64,000 bases of DNA from Felis catus (lineage: Eukaryota). Both the position numbers and the translations under genes were made by a program. The notes beneath the pieces are model-generated. The model ran no database searches, was not told the DNA's origin, and saw only the letters and a list, made by a program, of their open reading frames with translations. How positions within the stretch are numbered: the stretch's first letter is position 1; every line of letters starts with the position of its first letter. Positions 23,962-37,000 of the stretch are shown here, piece after piece. The DNA is taken from positions 113,090,001-113,154,000 of the forward strand of contig NC_058373.1 in assembly GCF_018350175.1 (NCBI RefSeq), written 5' to 3'.

Positions 23962-26900
23962 GTGATTAGTCCCCCAGATCGGTTTCTTCAAGAACTCACT
24001 TTGGTTGTGTCGGTTGACTGGTGGTCGAGAGAGAGTAGGCCCTGGGCTAACACCCCTCCCTTTCCCGTTCCTGCGCGGGAAGTGTCCGACACCACCCGCC
24101 AGCGCCGGCTTGGTCGGCAGTGTTAACAGAGGTGTCATTATACGAGCGGAGGGATCTTGTGAAGGAAAGTGGGCCAAACGACTGTACACCTTCAATATAC
24201 TGAAAGTGAGGGTACCTTGAGACGAGGGGGTGGCCTTGGGAAAACGCTGTGACACCCCCACGCCAGGACACTAAGAATGCCGCTCCCACCCCTTTTTTTT
24301 CCTTCCGCCGCAAGCAAATGCTACCTCTCAGTGGAAACCAGACCAGACACGTGAAGGGACCATTGGGGTGGTCCGTAACGTTGACAAGAGCTGGGTTAGA
24401 AAGATCCAAGAATAGTTTATTTGTCCGATAATTGATTTTTTTTAAATTGATGCTTATATTACTGTATCGCTTGACTTGTGCATTTTTACAGAATGAGTCA
24501 CCCTTTGCATCGAAGCTAAAACATACTGTTGAAGAGTTCACTAATCTTAGTATCGGTTTGCCGTATTTCAGCACCAATGAGAAGAGAATTACACGCTGTG
24601 GCCTCACAGTTAAACATAACTAAAAAGATAAGGGAATTTTAGGGTTAAATGCGTATTCAGCCTCAGGTCCCCTTTATTATCCCCTAAACTTAGGCTACTT
24701 TGTTTCTTGGAGAAAAGTTGTAGCAGAGAAGTCCTGGTTTTTCTCCCGATTGAAGTTGTTCAAGGAAAAAAACTTGTGATTATGTGTCTTTCAACAGTGT
24801 GTGAATTATATAGAGCTTTACTACTGAGTTGATCTAATGCCAAGTGACAGTTACTGATTTTAAGATCTCACAAAGACACACAGTAATATTTGTAGGAATC
24901 AGGGCTTCCTATTTCAACTACAGTGAAATAGTTTAAAAGCTTATTTGTGTAGCACTTCTAGAAACTACCATTCAGAGAGCGTTACTGGTGACAGAGAGAG
25001 ACAAAATTACCGTGAATTGTCTCTGTCACATAACACACTTCACTTTGGAAAGGAATGTGGACGTCCTGGATCTATTATGGTTACTTGACCATGCACTGGT
25101 ATAAGGAGTCCTACCTACCATTTGACCAGGCACAAGGTATTTGAAATTGGCTTGGAGTTCAGTTAATACATTTTGAAAGGTGGATATTCAGCATTGAAGA
25201 ACACATACCATATTGCAGTATTCTGACGTACTGAGATTCTGTGGGTTAAAGGTATTCTGGATTTACTATGCGAAGTCTTGGTTTTAGTTCCTGTTCCAGT
25301 ACCTTTTAAGTATTTATCCTTGAGGAAGTCATTTAATATTTCTGTTCCTTGGTTCCCTGGAACCCTGCTTCACTGTACTCCTTTCCTAGTACCCCATATT
25401 GCAATTGATATGCTTACCAGTTTGTTTCCCACTCTATAATTGACTTCCTTAGGTAAGAATCTTTAAGTGTTAGTAGTACTTAGTACATAGTAGATACTGC
25501 GAAAATAATTGTTTAACGAATTAAGTTACAAAATACAAAAAAAATTCCTCCTTTGCCTTTTATCGTCATTATTTGTATAGCACAGTACACTTTGCAGATT
25601 TACATATATTTTAATCTAGTTTGATACACTCCACAAACCTGCAAGGTCCATGACACAGACTAGAAACTACAGTTTAATGTGAATACATTTCCTAAGCAAC
25701 AACAGGTAGTAGGTAGGAGAGCAAGGGCTGAAACCCATGTCTAGAGCTATTTTGTACTTACTGGCTATTCTTTGTGTTGAATAACATACCATCAGCTGTG
25801 TTCTTTTTTTTTTTTTTTTTTTACTTTGTGTATTGTAAAGAGACTGGTACCTCCTAGAACAGTAGCATTCATCTCTCCCATCAGGATTCTTTTACAGTAT
25901 TGCTTGTATTCTTTAATTATCAAATTAAGCCTTGATTCCCCAGAATTATCAGCTTTACTATTTGCATAAATTTGGTAAGTAAATGTGGTTAGCCTCTATT
26001 AAATCTCTTAAAACTGTTTCACACATTCTGTGACATCATTTACTTTGATACCCAGTTTGAGACTTTTCTAGCTCTCAAATTTTAGTGCTTTACATACAGC
26101 TATTTGACAACAGCTGTCCAAAAGGAAAAAAAAAAAAGCCATTTAAGAATGAAACCACCAGCTCAGCTGTTTCTTGCTGGGTAATTCTGGCCATTGAATG
26201 TCTACTTCCCTTTATTTGCTAAATCCCTATTTTGTCAAGCTACAAGAGAACTACATTTTGGCCCTATTATTAATATGCCACTTTATTTTTGTTGTTAAAC
26301 AGGATAGATTGGTACTAAAAGTTTGCATTAGTCTATGATCTATGATTCAGCAATGAATATGTATATTGCATTTTTTAAAGATGCTTCTGATATATCTATC
26401 AGTAATACTGAGAGAATATATAGCCTGATGAATCAGAGCACAGACTATGGATCCAGACTTCATAGGTTCAAATTCTGACTATCAGTTGTTAGCAGTATAT
26501 GACAGAACAAGTTGCTTAGCCTGTTTGAATTTCTTCATTTATAATATAGAACTAGGGGGAGAGTGGTACTCAGGCAGTAGCCAATACCTATAGGTGGTAG
26601 ATGTAAAAATCAGTGGGAAGCCACTGTGCAGATACATGTGGATGCAATTAGTTCTCAAACTGAACTGCAGCAGAACTCTGGTGTTCTGTGGGCTGGATGT
26701 GGTTGGTCTGTCTTTACGATCAAGTAATGGCAGCCTTATTGCCCAATTAGGAAAAAAATAAGTAAATGAATTTTCACACATTTTTCGTAGGCCTTTAGAT
26801 CCTATTACTGCCTGTTTTCTGAACTTTGACAATAGTAAATTGGTTAAGGTTAGTAGAAAAACATGAAAATCAACTGTGATTCATTTTAGAGCTTTCTTTT

Positions 26901-27020
26901 AAAAATACGTTCCTGTGCATGGTATAATTTCAGTCTTGTGGGTCATAAAAGGAGTGGTGCTGAAAGTAGGTTGGGTAGATCAAAGGGAATAGTTTTAAAT
27001 ATATTTAATGCTTGGTGGTT

Positions 27021-27218
27021 GGGACGCCTGGGTGGCTCAGTTGGTTGAGCATCCTTCTCTTGATTTCACTTGGGTCATGATCCCAGGGTCGTGGGATCAA
27101 GCCTTCTGTTGGGCTACGCTGAGCATAGAGCCTGCTCAGGATTTTCTGTCTCTCGCTCTCCCTCTCTTCCCTATTCTCACGCGTGTGCTCCCCCCAAAAT
27201 AAAAAATAAAAATAAATA
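27021..27218 (+). mobile_element. CAN-SINE, older type
   Basis: gggacgcctgggtggctcag head; flanking repeat aaatatattta(a/g)tgcttgg. Confidence 0.9.
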
Positions 27219-27880
27219 AATATATTTAGTGCTTGGAGTTTAAGAGATGCTTGAACTTTATAGTAATGGAGTTCTATAAAGCTATTCTCAAGATTGGGTA
27301 TACCTATTCGATAGAAGTAAAGTGTTTAGTTGTATTTAGTTATATTTATTTTTTTGTTAATAAGTTTTTGGTCTTTGTCGTAACATGATACTGTGAGTTT
27401 GGCTAGACTAAATGATAGGGTATATTGTTTGATATATGGTGAGGGCTGTGGTTTAAGTAGTGGGAAGATTCTTCCCTTTATGTGGGTGGTAGTATATAAA
27501 GTCTTAGCTGACTTGGAGAATGAGTAGCTTTGGTTTTGTTGATAGGTTTATAGTAGTAGTGATGCTTCCCATCATCTGTTATTTCTTAAAGTGGTGGTAT
27601 TTAAAATAGTGTTTCAAGGTGTACCTTTAATCCTTAAGTCTCAGAGTACTTCATAGATGGTCATTAGTTTTTATGATTCCTCTAAAACTGATGTCAGAGA
27701 ATCACTCAAGCCCTACAAAAATGTGGAGCAACGTAAAAATTAAAGCTTCGTTCCTGAATATCCGTTTTCTGGTACCATTTAAGAAGTTTGAAGAGTTGAG
27801 AAGACTAATCATTTCTTCCAGTGGCAAGATGTGGAAAATTGACATTTCTTTATTTTGACCTTAACTGAACACTCACTTGA

Positions 27881-28180
<300 letters not shown>

Positions 28181-29539
28181 TAAAAATGTTTTATTTTAGT
28201 TTTTCTTTTTAATTGCTGGCTGCTGTAAAAACAAAACAAAAACATCTCCTTTTATGCTTAAATTCTTTTTACATACAGAGTTGTTAGAGAAGGATGCCAA
28301 TTAGCCATCTAAGTAAGACTTCTTAAGTTAGTAGTGGCTTAATTAGCACATCCCAGGACTAGTTTTTGTGGGTGAAATGACTTTTATTCCCAGAGGTTAC
28401 AGGATCTTGGTAGTTGACTCATTTTGGCTAAACTCAGAAGAGATAGGATAAGTAAACCAGAGTACTAGTTCATTTAGATTTGTAAGATGCTTTTTTCCTG
28501 ATTTAAAGCTAAATTTGCAGTGAGATTATTGGATGAACGTGGAAATGGGGCAAAGGTACAGTGGATTTTAGGAACATTTTATATAAGCTTTGAAAAAGCA
28601 ATATGCTGCAAACACACACCCAAAACCCAGTATTCTGTATCTCTTCAGTTATCAGAATGTTTGTGACTCCCCCAAAATCATGTGGGAGATTTCAGATAGT
28701 GCTGAATGTGTATTCATTTTTTTACTTGTCCCCTTTTTTCTGGACTCCATGTAAATCTTCACCTTTGTGAACACATTTTTTTCTAGACACAGTGTACAAT
28801 ACCATTAAGTAAGTTTGGGGTTCAACTTCCTTAAAATAATTGGTTATAATTGTCTCACTATAATTTATTAGGTGTTAGTTTTACATAGTAGTTACCGTCA
28901 TTGCTTAAAAGACCAATCACCTTGATTGAACTTGTCTTTTTGAATACCTCAGCCATCTAGTTAATTGTGACACTTCTGCAAGTGATTGGTTTTATACATA
29001 ACTGACATTTTTTTTTCTCTGATTATATTCGTAGGTGATAAACTTTAGAGACATTTTGTCATCCCTTAGGTAGTGACTACCACTTAGCATATTGATTATT
29101 ATATATGTTTTGGTAGGGCTTAACTTCTAGAACCCCCTATTATTAAACTACTAAAGACAAATTATACCTTAAACTTGTGTTAAGTCTTCATATCACTGCC
29201 CCACTAGGACTTAAAATGGTGTCTTGTCTAGTATTTTATTTTCTATCATAGAAAATATATACACAAGAAGGAATCAAATATATTTTCAGTTGCAATCAGA
29301 AAAAAGTGAAAAGGTATACTTAAGTACAGTAGATGTAAAAGTATTTTCATAGCAGCACTGTTTGCACAGTGTTAATTAAAAACAAGAAACAATCAAAATC
29401 ATGGTTAAATAAATTGTAACATTCATGCAGCGCAACTTTGTACAGGCAACTTTGTACGGAATGAGATCTCAGTGTTCTGATATGGAAAGATCCTAGAGTA
29501 AGATACAAGCAAAGTACAGAAGATCCTATAGAGGGCATC

Positions 29540-31560
29540 CACTTCTGATATTGGAGGATTAGGTTCTGTTGGACAAATGTTCCAATGTAACAGTTAAACA
29601 GTGAAAAGCTGTGAGCAAATATATATATTTAAAAAAAAAAGTGCCTAAAGATGTTGGGAGCAACCAAAGGCAGGCCAAAACTGAAGGTAGGTCAACCCTT
29701 GGAAGAGAGGAACTGCACTGGATAAGTTTTACAGTTGTTTGTCTGAGTGCATGCCATAGAGAGCTTCCAGCAGGGCAGCTAAAATTCTAGTGGAAAGTCT
29801 ATAGTGTTTCAATGGCTTGAGAATCAGATGAGAGTTCTGGACAACCACAACATTTGGAAGGTAGTGATGAGGATTAGAGAAAGGACCAACTCAAGGAGAG
29901 CCCCTTAGTTTAAATTACAAATCCTCAAATCTCTGCCTGAACCCTGAACCAGTAACGTATAGGATGGGGTACAGCCCCATGAGGGGCAACAGGGTAAAAA
30001 TCTAAACAGATTTTGGTTGCTTTCCACCTGGGGAAACAGAGCTTTAATATTTGAATTCAGACAAGTTTTGCTTACTAAAACAAAAAATCAGTATCAAGAG
30101 GAACATAAAGGAACTCAGAGTCTCTGGCACATATTATTCACGATGTCCAAAATTGCTAAACATTTCAGAAAACAGGAGAGAAAAGGCAGTCAGTCAGTGG
30201 AGACCAACCCAGAGGTGACCTTAATATTGGAGTTGACAGACAAGGACTTTAAAGCAGATGTTGTTAACTGCTCAAGAATATTGGGAAAATAAGCTTGTAA
30301 TGAATGAAAAAAATGAAATCTCAGAGAAATTAGAAACTCTCACAAAGAACTAAATACAAATTCTAAAATTAAAAGTTTAATATCTAAACAACTCACTGGG
30401 CTAACAGCATAGATGGCAGAAGGCTCAAGTCAAACTTGCAGGGAGTTCATTTAAAAGAGCCAATTTTGGGGCGCCTGGGTGGCTCAGTCGGTTAAGCATC
30501 CGACTTCGGCTCAGGTCATGATCTTGCAGTTTGTGAGTTTAAGCCCGGTGTCAGGCTCTGTGCTGACAGCTAGGAGCCTGGAGCCTGCTTCAGATTCTGT
30601 GTCTCCTGTCTCTGCTCCTCCCCCACTTGTGCTTTGTCTCTCACTATCAAAAAATAAATAGGGGCACCTGGGTGGCTCAGTCAGCTGAGCGTCTGGCTTT
30701 GGCTCAGGTCATGATCTCACGGTTGGTGAGTTCAAGCCCCGCGTCAGGCTCTGGGCTGACAGCTCGGAGCCTGGAGCCTGCTTCGGATTCTGTGTCTCCC
30801 TCTCTCTCTGCTCCTCCCCTGCTCACACGCTGTCTCTCTCTCAAAAATAAATAAAGATTAAAATAATAATAATATGTGGCTATTTCAATAAATAAATAAA
30901 TGTAAAAGAACCAATCTGAAGAACAGAGCAGGAAAAAAAAAATGTGTCAAATATTAAAAGCTCTATTCCAAAAGAAGAGAGAGAAAGGGCAGAAAATATA
31001 TTTGAGGAAATAGTTGTCAAAAGTTTCCTGTATTAACTGAAAAAAACATCTACAACCTGGAGAAGCTTGGCAAACCTCAAGCAGGATAAATACTAATAAG
31101 ACCACATCTAGGCATGTTAAACCATTGAAAAACAGAGATAGGGAAAATCTTGAAAGTAGCCAAAAGAAAACGACTCATGATTTACGGGGGAATAGTAATA
31201 TGAATTAGTATGGTATTACTGAAAATAGTGGCTGTCTGAGCATTGAATGACTGACCATTTAAAGCACTGAAAGAAAAATTGTCAACCCAGAATTCTATAT
31301 TTTAAGAAAATATTCAATAGTGAAGACCAAAAATGATGACATTTTTGGGTAAATAGAAACTTAAGAGGATGTATTACCTCATAAATCTCCATTATAAGAA
31401 ACAATAAAGGAAGTTGTGCAGGCCGATGAGGTGTGAGGCCTGACATAGGAAATATGTGGGTAAATGTAAAAGACTATTTTTCTCTTAAATTCTTCAAAAT
31501 ACATTTAAGTGCTTGTCTTGTTATATACCCATGGGATTTTAATTTATGGATGTGATTGAC
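29540..31560 (+). mobile_element. Old L1M 5' region / ORF1 remnant, interrupted by a SINE dimer
   Basis: ORF1-type phrases aaacctcaagcaggataaatac...ccacatctaggca, aaaatcttgaaagtagcca and tgtcaacccagaattctatat. Confidence 0.7.
30468..30900 (+). mobile_element. Two tandem CAN-SINEs (starts 30468 and 30661)
   Basis: The second unit begins directly in the A tail of the first. Confidence 0.93.
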
Positions 31561-31880
31561 AACATGAAGAGGCCAGTGCTGTGGCCACATCATGCCATGT
31601 AGGGCCACCATGAGGAAGCACCAGTTTTGGTCAGGAGACAGAAGGAGCATCAAGAATACAGAAAATATAGATAATACAATTGACCTTGTGATGATGGATG
31701 CCAAAAAGACAAGTATAGAGAATCTTTTGACTAACTTTCATTTGGGTAATTGAAAGTATTAGTTAGTTCCCTCTACTAAAGTGATGCAGAGTATGCAGTT
31801 ACATGATACAAGTGCCTTCTGAAAACAGAAATCTCTCATCTTATATTTCTTATGCAGCATTTTATTGATAATAATTTTAG

Positions 31881-32057
<177 letters not shown>

Positions 32058-32412
32058 TGAAATTAGTTCACTATTTAATATGTTTAATAATCAGCATGTA
32101 ATATTATAGGCAGGAAAAAAAAACCCCTGAATTTTCTGTAACTGTGTTTCCATTTACAACTATGAGTTGAGAAGAATAATTTGAAGTCTTAATTTCAAAA
32201 GAGTTATGACTGCAGTGTTTTATCTGGTGGTGGTACTACCTTAAGGCATTGCTTATGGTTTGCTATTCTATAATGAGTATATTGGATGTTAGTGTTTTTA
32301 AGTTATTTTAGGTTAAATTAACTATGGGTGATTTCAGTAGTTCCTGGCTTTAAACCCTGTTTGGGGTTATTCGAGACAACCAGCTATTGTATGTTAAGAA
32401 TAAGCAAGGGTC

Positions 32413-33144
32413 GGGGCATCTAGGTCGCTCGGCCAGTTGAGCATCTGATTCTTGATTTCAGCTTAGGTCATGATCCCAGAGTCGTGGGATCAAGCCCCAA
32501 GTTGGGCTCCATGCTGAAAGTGGAGCCTGCTTAAGATTCTCTCTCCCTCTGGCCTTCCCCCACCCCCCACTTGCACTCCCTCCTTCTCTAAAATAAAATG
32601 AAAGGGGCACCTGGGTGGCTCAGTCAAGCATCCAACTTCAGCTCAGGCATGATTTCATGGTTCGTGAGTTCAAGCCCCGTATTGGGCTCTGACAGCTCAG
32701 ATGGAGCCTTGAGGCTGCTTCAGTTTCTGTGTCTCCCTCTCTCTCTGCCCCTCACCTGCTTGTTCTCTCTCTCTCCCTCCCCCCTCCCCCTCTCTCCCCC
32801 CTCCCCCTCCCTCCCCCCTCCCCCTCTCTCCCTCTCTCCCTCTCTCCCTCTCTCCCCCTCTCCCCCTCTCCCCCTCTCCCCCCCTCTCCCCCCCTCCCCC
32901 CTCTCCCCCCTTTCCCCCCCTCTCCCCCCCCTCCCCCCTCTCCCCCCCCTCTCTCCCCCTCTCTCCCCCTCTCCCCCTCTCCCCCTCTCCCTCTCTCCCC
33001 CTCTCCCTCTCTCCCCCTCTCCCTCTCTCCCCCTCTCCCTCTCTCCCCCTTTGTCCCTCTCTCCCTTTCTCCCTCTCTCCCTGTCTCCTCCCTCTCCCTC
33101 TCTCTCTCTCTCAAAAGAAGTAAGCATTAAAAATAAAATAAAAA
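32413..33144 (+). mobile_element. Two CAN-SINEs (starts 32413 and 32604) within one TSD
   Basis: TSD aagaataagcaagggt at 32396-32411 and 33145-33160. Confidence 0.9.
32763..33112. repeat. Expanded C/T low-complexity tract of the SINE
   Basis: About 350 bp with only two G interruptions; units such as ctctcccc and ctctcc. Confidence 0.95.
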
Positions 33145-33696
33145 AAGAATAAGCAAGGGTTTGTGAATCCAGGAAAGCAAGGCAGGCCGGGGCCTGTTAC
33201 TAGTTCCCCTCCCCCACTTTGCTAGGGTTCTTTTCTGTTTCATTTTCTAATTTCTGCTGAAATTCCCTACTTCTGTGCAGTAAGCCTTAATTAAGCAAGA
33301 ACAGTCATTTTTTTCATTCTTTATCTTCTGTCTATATTTTTCTCTTCTCTGGTCCCATATAGATTATCCTTTATTCTCTAGGTCTTAGGTTCTTAATGGC
33401 ACTGTTTCCATTGTTTCTGTTTTCTTTTTCTTTTGTTCTCTCTCTCTCTTGTGTGTTTTTGTCCTCAAGGTAAAATGCCAAGAAAACAATGCTTTAAATG
33501 AAGAGATTTTTGGAATCTTGATTAACCCCAATAAATAAGAGAATACAAATCTAAACAACCAAAAGACCATTATCCAAACCTTTCCTTTTGTTTTACTGAT
33601 CTGTTTACTATTACAGCAGTATGGTTTACACATTAGTAAAATCACAATCAGTGAAAACACAGTCAGTAAAATCCCTTCTTAATAATCTGATGACCT

Positions 33697-33865
33697 GGGG
33701 CACCTAGGTGGCTCAGTCTGACTTTGGCTCAGGTCATGGTCTCCCAGTTCTGGAGTTGAAGCCCTGCGTCAGGCTCTGTACTAACAGCTTGGAGCCTGGA
33801 GCCTGCTTCAGATTCTCTGTCTCCTGCTCTTTCAGCTCTTCCCTTGTTTGTGTGCTCAAGCACAT

Positions 33866-33915
<50 letters not shown>

Positions 33916-33974
33916 TCTCTCTCTCTCAAAAATAAATAAACTTTTAAAAAACAAGTAAGTAAATTAAAAAATAA
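33697..33974 (+). mobile_element. CAN-SINE with internal (GT)n microsatellite
   Basis: (GT)~23 at ~33867-33914; flanking repeat taataatctga. Confidence 0.88.
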
Positions 33975-34014
33975 TAATAATCTGAGGCCCTTGCCATTCA
34001 AAATGTAGTCTCTA

Positions 34015-34228
34015 GGGGCACCTGGGTGGCTCAGTCGGTTGAGTGTCTGACTTTCGCTCAGGTCATGATCTCATGGGCTCTGTGCTGACAGCTCAGAGCC
34101 TCGAGCCTGCTTCGGATTCTGTGTCTCCCTCTCTCTCTGTCCCTCCCCTCATGCTCTGTCTCTCTTAGTCTCTCAATAATAAATAAACATTAAAGACATT
34201 TTTTAAAATAAAAACAAAACAAAAAAAC
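34015..34228 (+). mobile_element. CAN-SINE with internal deletion
   Basis: Flanking repeat caaaatgtagt. Confidence 0.9.
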
Positions 34229-35066
34229 CAAAATGTAGTTTCTGGACCAGCAGCTTTGACATCACCTGACCACTTAATGCAGTATTTCAAGTCCCACTAA
34301 GTTTGATAAGCTCCACTCTAGGAAACTTTCACTTTGTTTTGTCCCCTTAGAATATTGTAAAATGAGTATGTTAGTAGATCTTATCAGGATGATAAGGTGA
34401 AATAGGCAATGTTAGTACCTCTCCTCAGTTTTCATATGTAATATGAAAACCTCTTTTCTTGTCTTTAAGCCCTTTTATTTTTAGGAAATTAGAAAAAGGG
34501 TTTGGCAGCAGTGAGTGGGAGGTAGGTAGGATTGAAGGATAACTGTTAAAATGATAACAGAGCAGAAAAATATTAAAATCTCAATTCTGGTTCCATGCTA
34601 TCATATGGAGTAGTAATAATAGCTTGCACTTGCATAAGAGGATTTGTATAATTTATAAATTTTGTACATTTGTACAATATTTTCCATTTATACTGTGCTG
34701 CATTTGGATATATTTGACCTGTGTGAGAGCTCACTGCTGTAACAAGGAGAGATGTTAGTAGTTCCTTCTTCCAGAAGAGGAAACAAATTCAGAGAGGTTA
34801 ATTAGTCCCAGAGTCAACTCATAGTCTGGGTCTTAGGACACTAAATTACATCCTGTTTCTACTTGTTATACCTACTTGAGTTAACTACTATTGGAAAGCC
34901 AATATTTCTCTATGAAAAAAGAACTTGTATGTTGATCTTTTGTTAAGAAGTTATTGTAGTCTAATTAACCAAGGTTTTATATGCTGTCTACTGAAATATA
35001 AAAATACCTATTTTTTAATAGCTCTCTTGAATCTTTGAATTGTTGAACTCTTCATTTTGTTTCTAG

Positions 35067-35219
<153 letters not shown>

Positions 35220-36789
35220 TAAGAACATCTTCTTGGCTCTGTTTCTACCTTGATACCACAGCTGTGCTAGGTCTAGCACATGGGTTGAGAGCCTGACATG
35301 TAATAAAAGCACAACATCCACGTATTCTGTCCTTGCCAAATTTAGGTTAAAACATTTCAGTTATAAAAGGCCCATAATATGGGCCAATCCTATATAACCA
35401 AGCATCTGTAATTTTGTACACCATAGTTTTTGTAAACCATATGGTTTCACATTATCCGCTTACACGTTTTCCCCTCCTAGTTTTGTTATTCTGGTTAACT
35501 TCAGGTCCAGTGTAAATGTCTCATCTATAACAGTAACCTTATTTTCTGTACTTTAGTTCCTTTGACCTTCAGCCCATGCCACTTAAGCCAGTTTTCATAT
35601 GGCCTCACCCTGGGTCTTATTATCACCAGAATTTGCTGTGTTTCCAAAGCCTGTAATTCATACATTCTGTTCTTTTAGCACAGCTTCCTGTCCTTCCAGC
35701 TCCCCCATAGTTAGCTCTACTCTGTGTCTTCCTAATTCTTTTGCCAGTCTATGATTCCAGACCTTTTTTTTCCTCCCTGTCTTTTCACCCTTTCCTGCCT
35801 TCTCTTTCTTATTCAGCATAGACATACCATGGTCCATCATTCCAACAACTTTCTTGCCAATGTCATGAGCTTTTGCCCTGTTTTTCCTTCTGTTACATCC
35901 AGCCTTGGATCGATGTTCCTGCCTTCTCTACACTTGTAGACTACTGGGTGCTGCTAGGAAAAACCACAGTCTTGCAGGTTGGTGCCACTGCATACTCATG
36001 GTCTCCAACCTCAGCTGCGCCTTCACTGCTGCCTCACATTCTCTCTGCTCTTTGTCAGTTCTTCTCCCATTCTTAGAGTGGCTATTTTAGAGCTTTTCCA
36101 CACTCTCCATCAGATACCCAGTCCCCTCCCCCTTCCCTCCCTCCAACTGGTATGTTTCACTACCTATTTTATAAAGACAATATAAGCCATTGCACAGGAT
36201 CTCCTGTACTCCTTCCACTATCTCAGCAAACTTCTCCCTCCCATCCATCATTACCTCCTGTGCTGGAATTCATATCCTTCCTGCTCTCAAACTAATCTTA
36301 CCACCTGTGCACAGCTACTGCTCAGGGATCTCTTTTTATTCATTATTCTCTCTTTTGGGTTTTCAGCCTTTATCTTTGTTGGTTTTGCTCCATTAGTATA
36401 AAAATATGCTCTACCTTCTCCCATTTATACTAAAAGCAAACTTCTTTACTACCTTCCTCTATTTTCTCCTGTAGCAAGTATCGTATCCTTTCTAATAGCC
36501 AGACTCCTTCACTTTTGTGTACTTCCTGTCTCTCCTTCTGCACCTCCTACTCTTTCCCAAATGTTAATGCCCCACAAGCAGCCTCACCACTACACCAAGG
36601 TTAATTTCCCAGCCTTTGTGCTGCCAAAGGATATTGGTCCCCTCAGCTCTCAGAATGGCCAAGTAAGACCTGGGACTGTTAGACTCGCCAGCAAGCCAAT
36701 TCATCTGGGGCTCCAAATCCCTTACAGTCCCCCTGGTCCCCCCATCTGACTTTTTTCTTCATATTACGTTGTGGGAAAGGTAAGAAGAA

Positions 36790-37000
36790 TAGTTAGAATA
36801 GCTAACATTTATATATGCCTCACAACAACCTGTGGTATAAGTGCTGTTATTATCCCAGTCTTACAGGTGAGAAAATTGAAGCAGAGATTAAATAATTTGT
36901 CCATGTGCACAGAGCTAGCAAGTGGTAGAGCCCCGATTCAGACCTAGATACTGGCTCCATATGGAGCTTATGCTATTAACCATTAAGCACTGTGGTATAT
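36790..37000 (-). mobile_element. MIR SINE
   Basis: MIR core tattatcccagtcttacaggtgagaaaattgaagcagag; similar MIR pieces near 60-230, 26420-26550, 38540-38760, 46570-46690 and 55180-55400. Confidence 0.7.

Larger units (their letters stand above)
22950..24400. promoter_or_regulatory. CpG island / bidirectional promoter of ATP6V1D and EIF2S1
   Basis: Sharp rise in GC and CpG relative to flanks; lies across two divergent first exons; ETS cores (ACTTCCG 23332 and 23457), GC box ~23359, NRF1 sites; edges approximate. Confidence 0.9.

Noticed and set aside
23128..24623. Cluster of overlapping ORFs in the CpG island
   Set aside because: Expected from high GC and the A28 run; only the 41-nt ATP6V1D coding segment is supported by homology and splice signals.
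32598..33152. Pro/Ser/Leu-rich and Gly/Glu/Arg-rich ORFs of 120-184 aa
   Set aside because: Translations of the C/T tract, which cannot contain stop codons.
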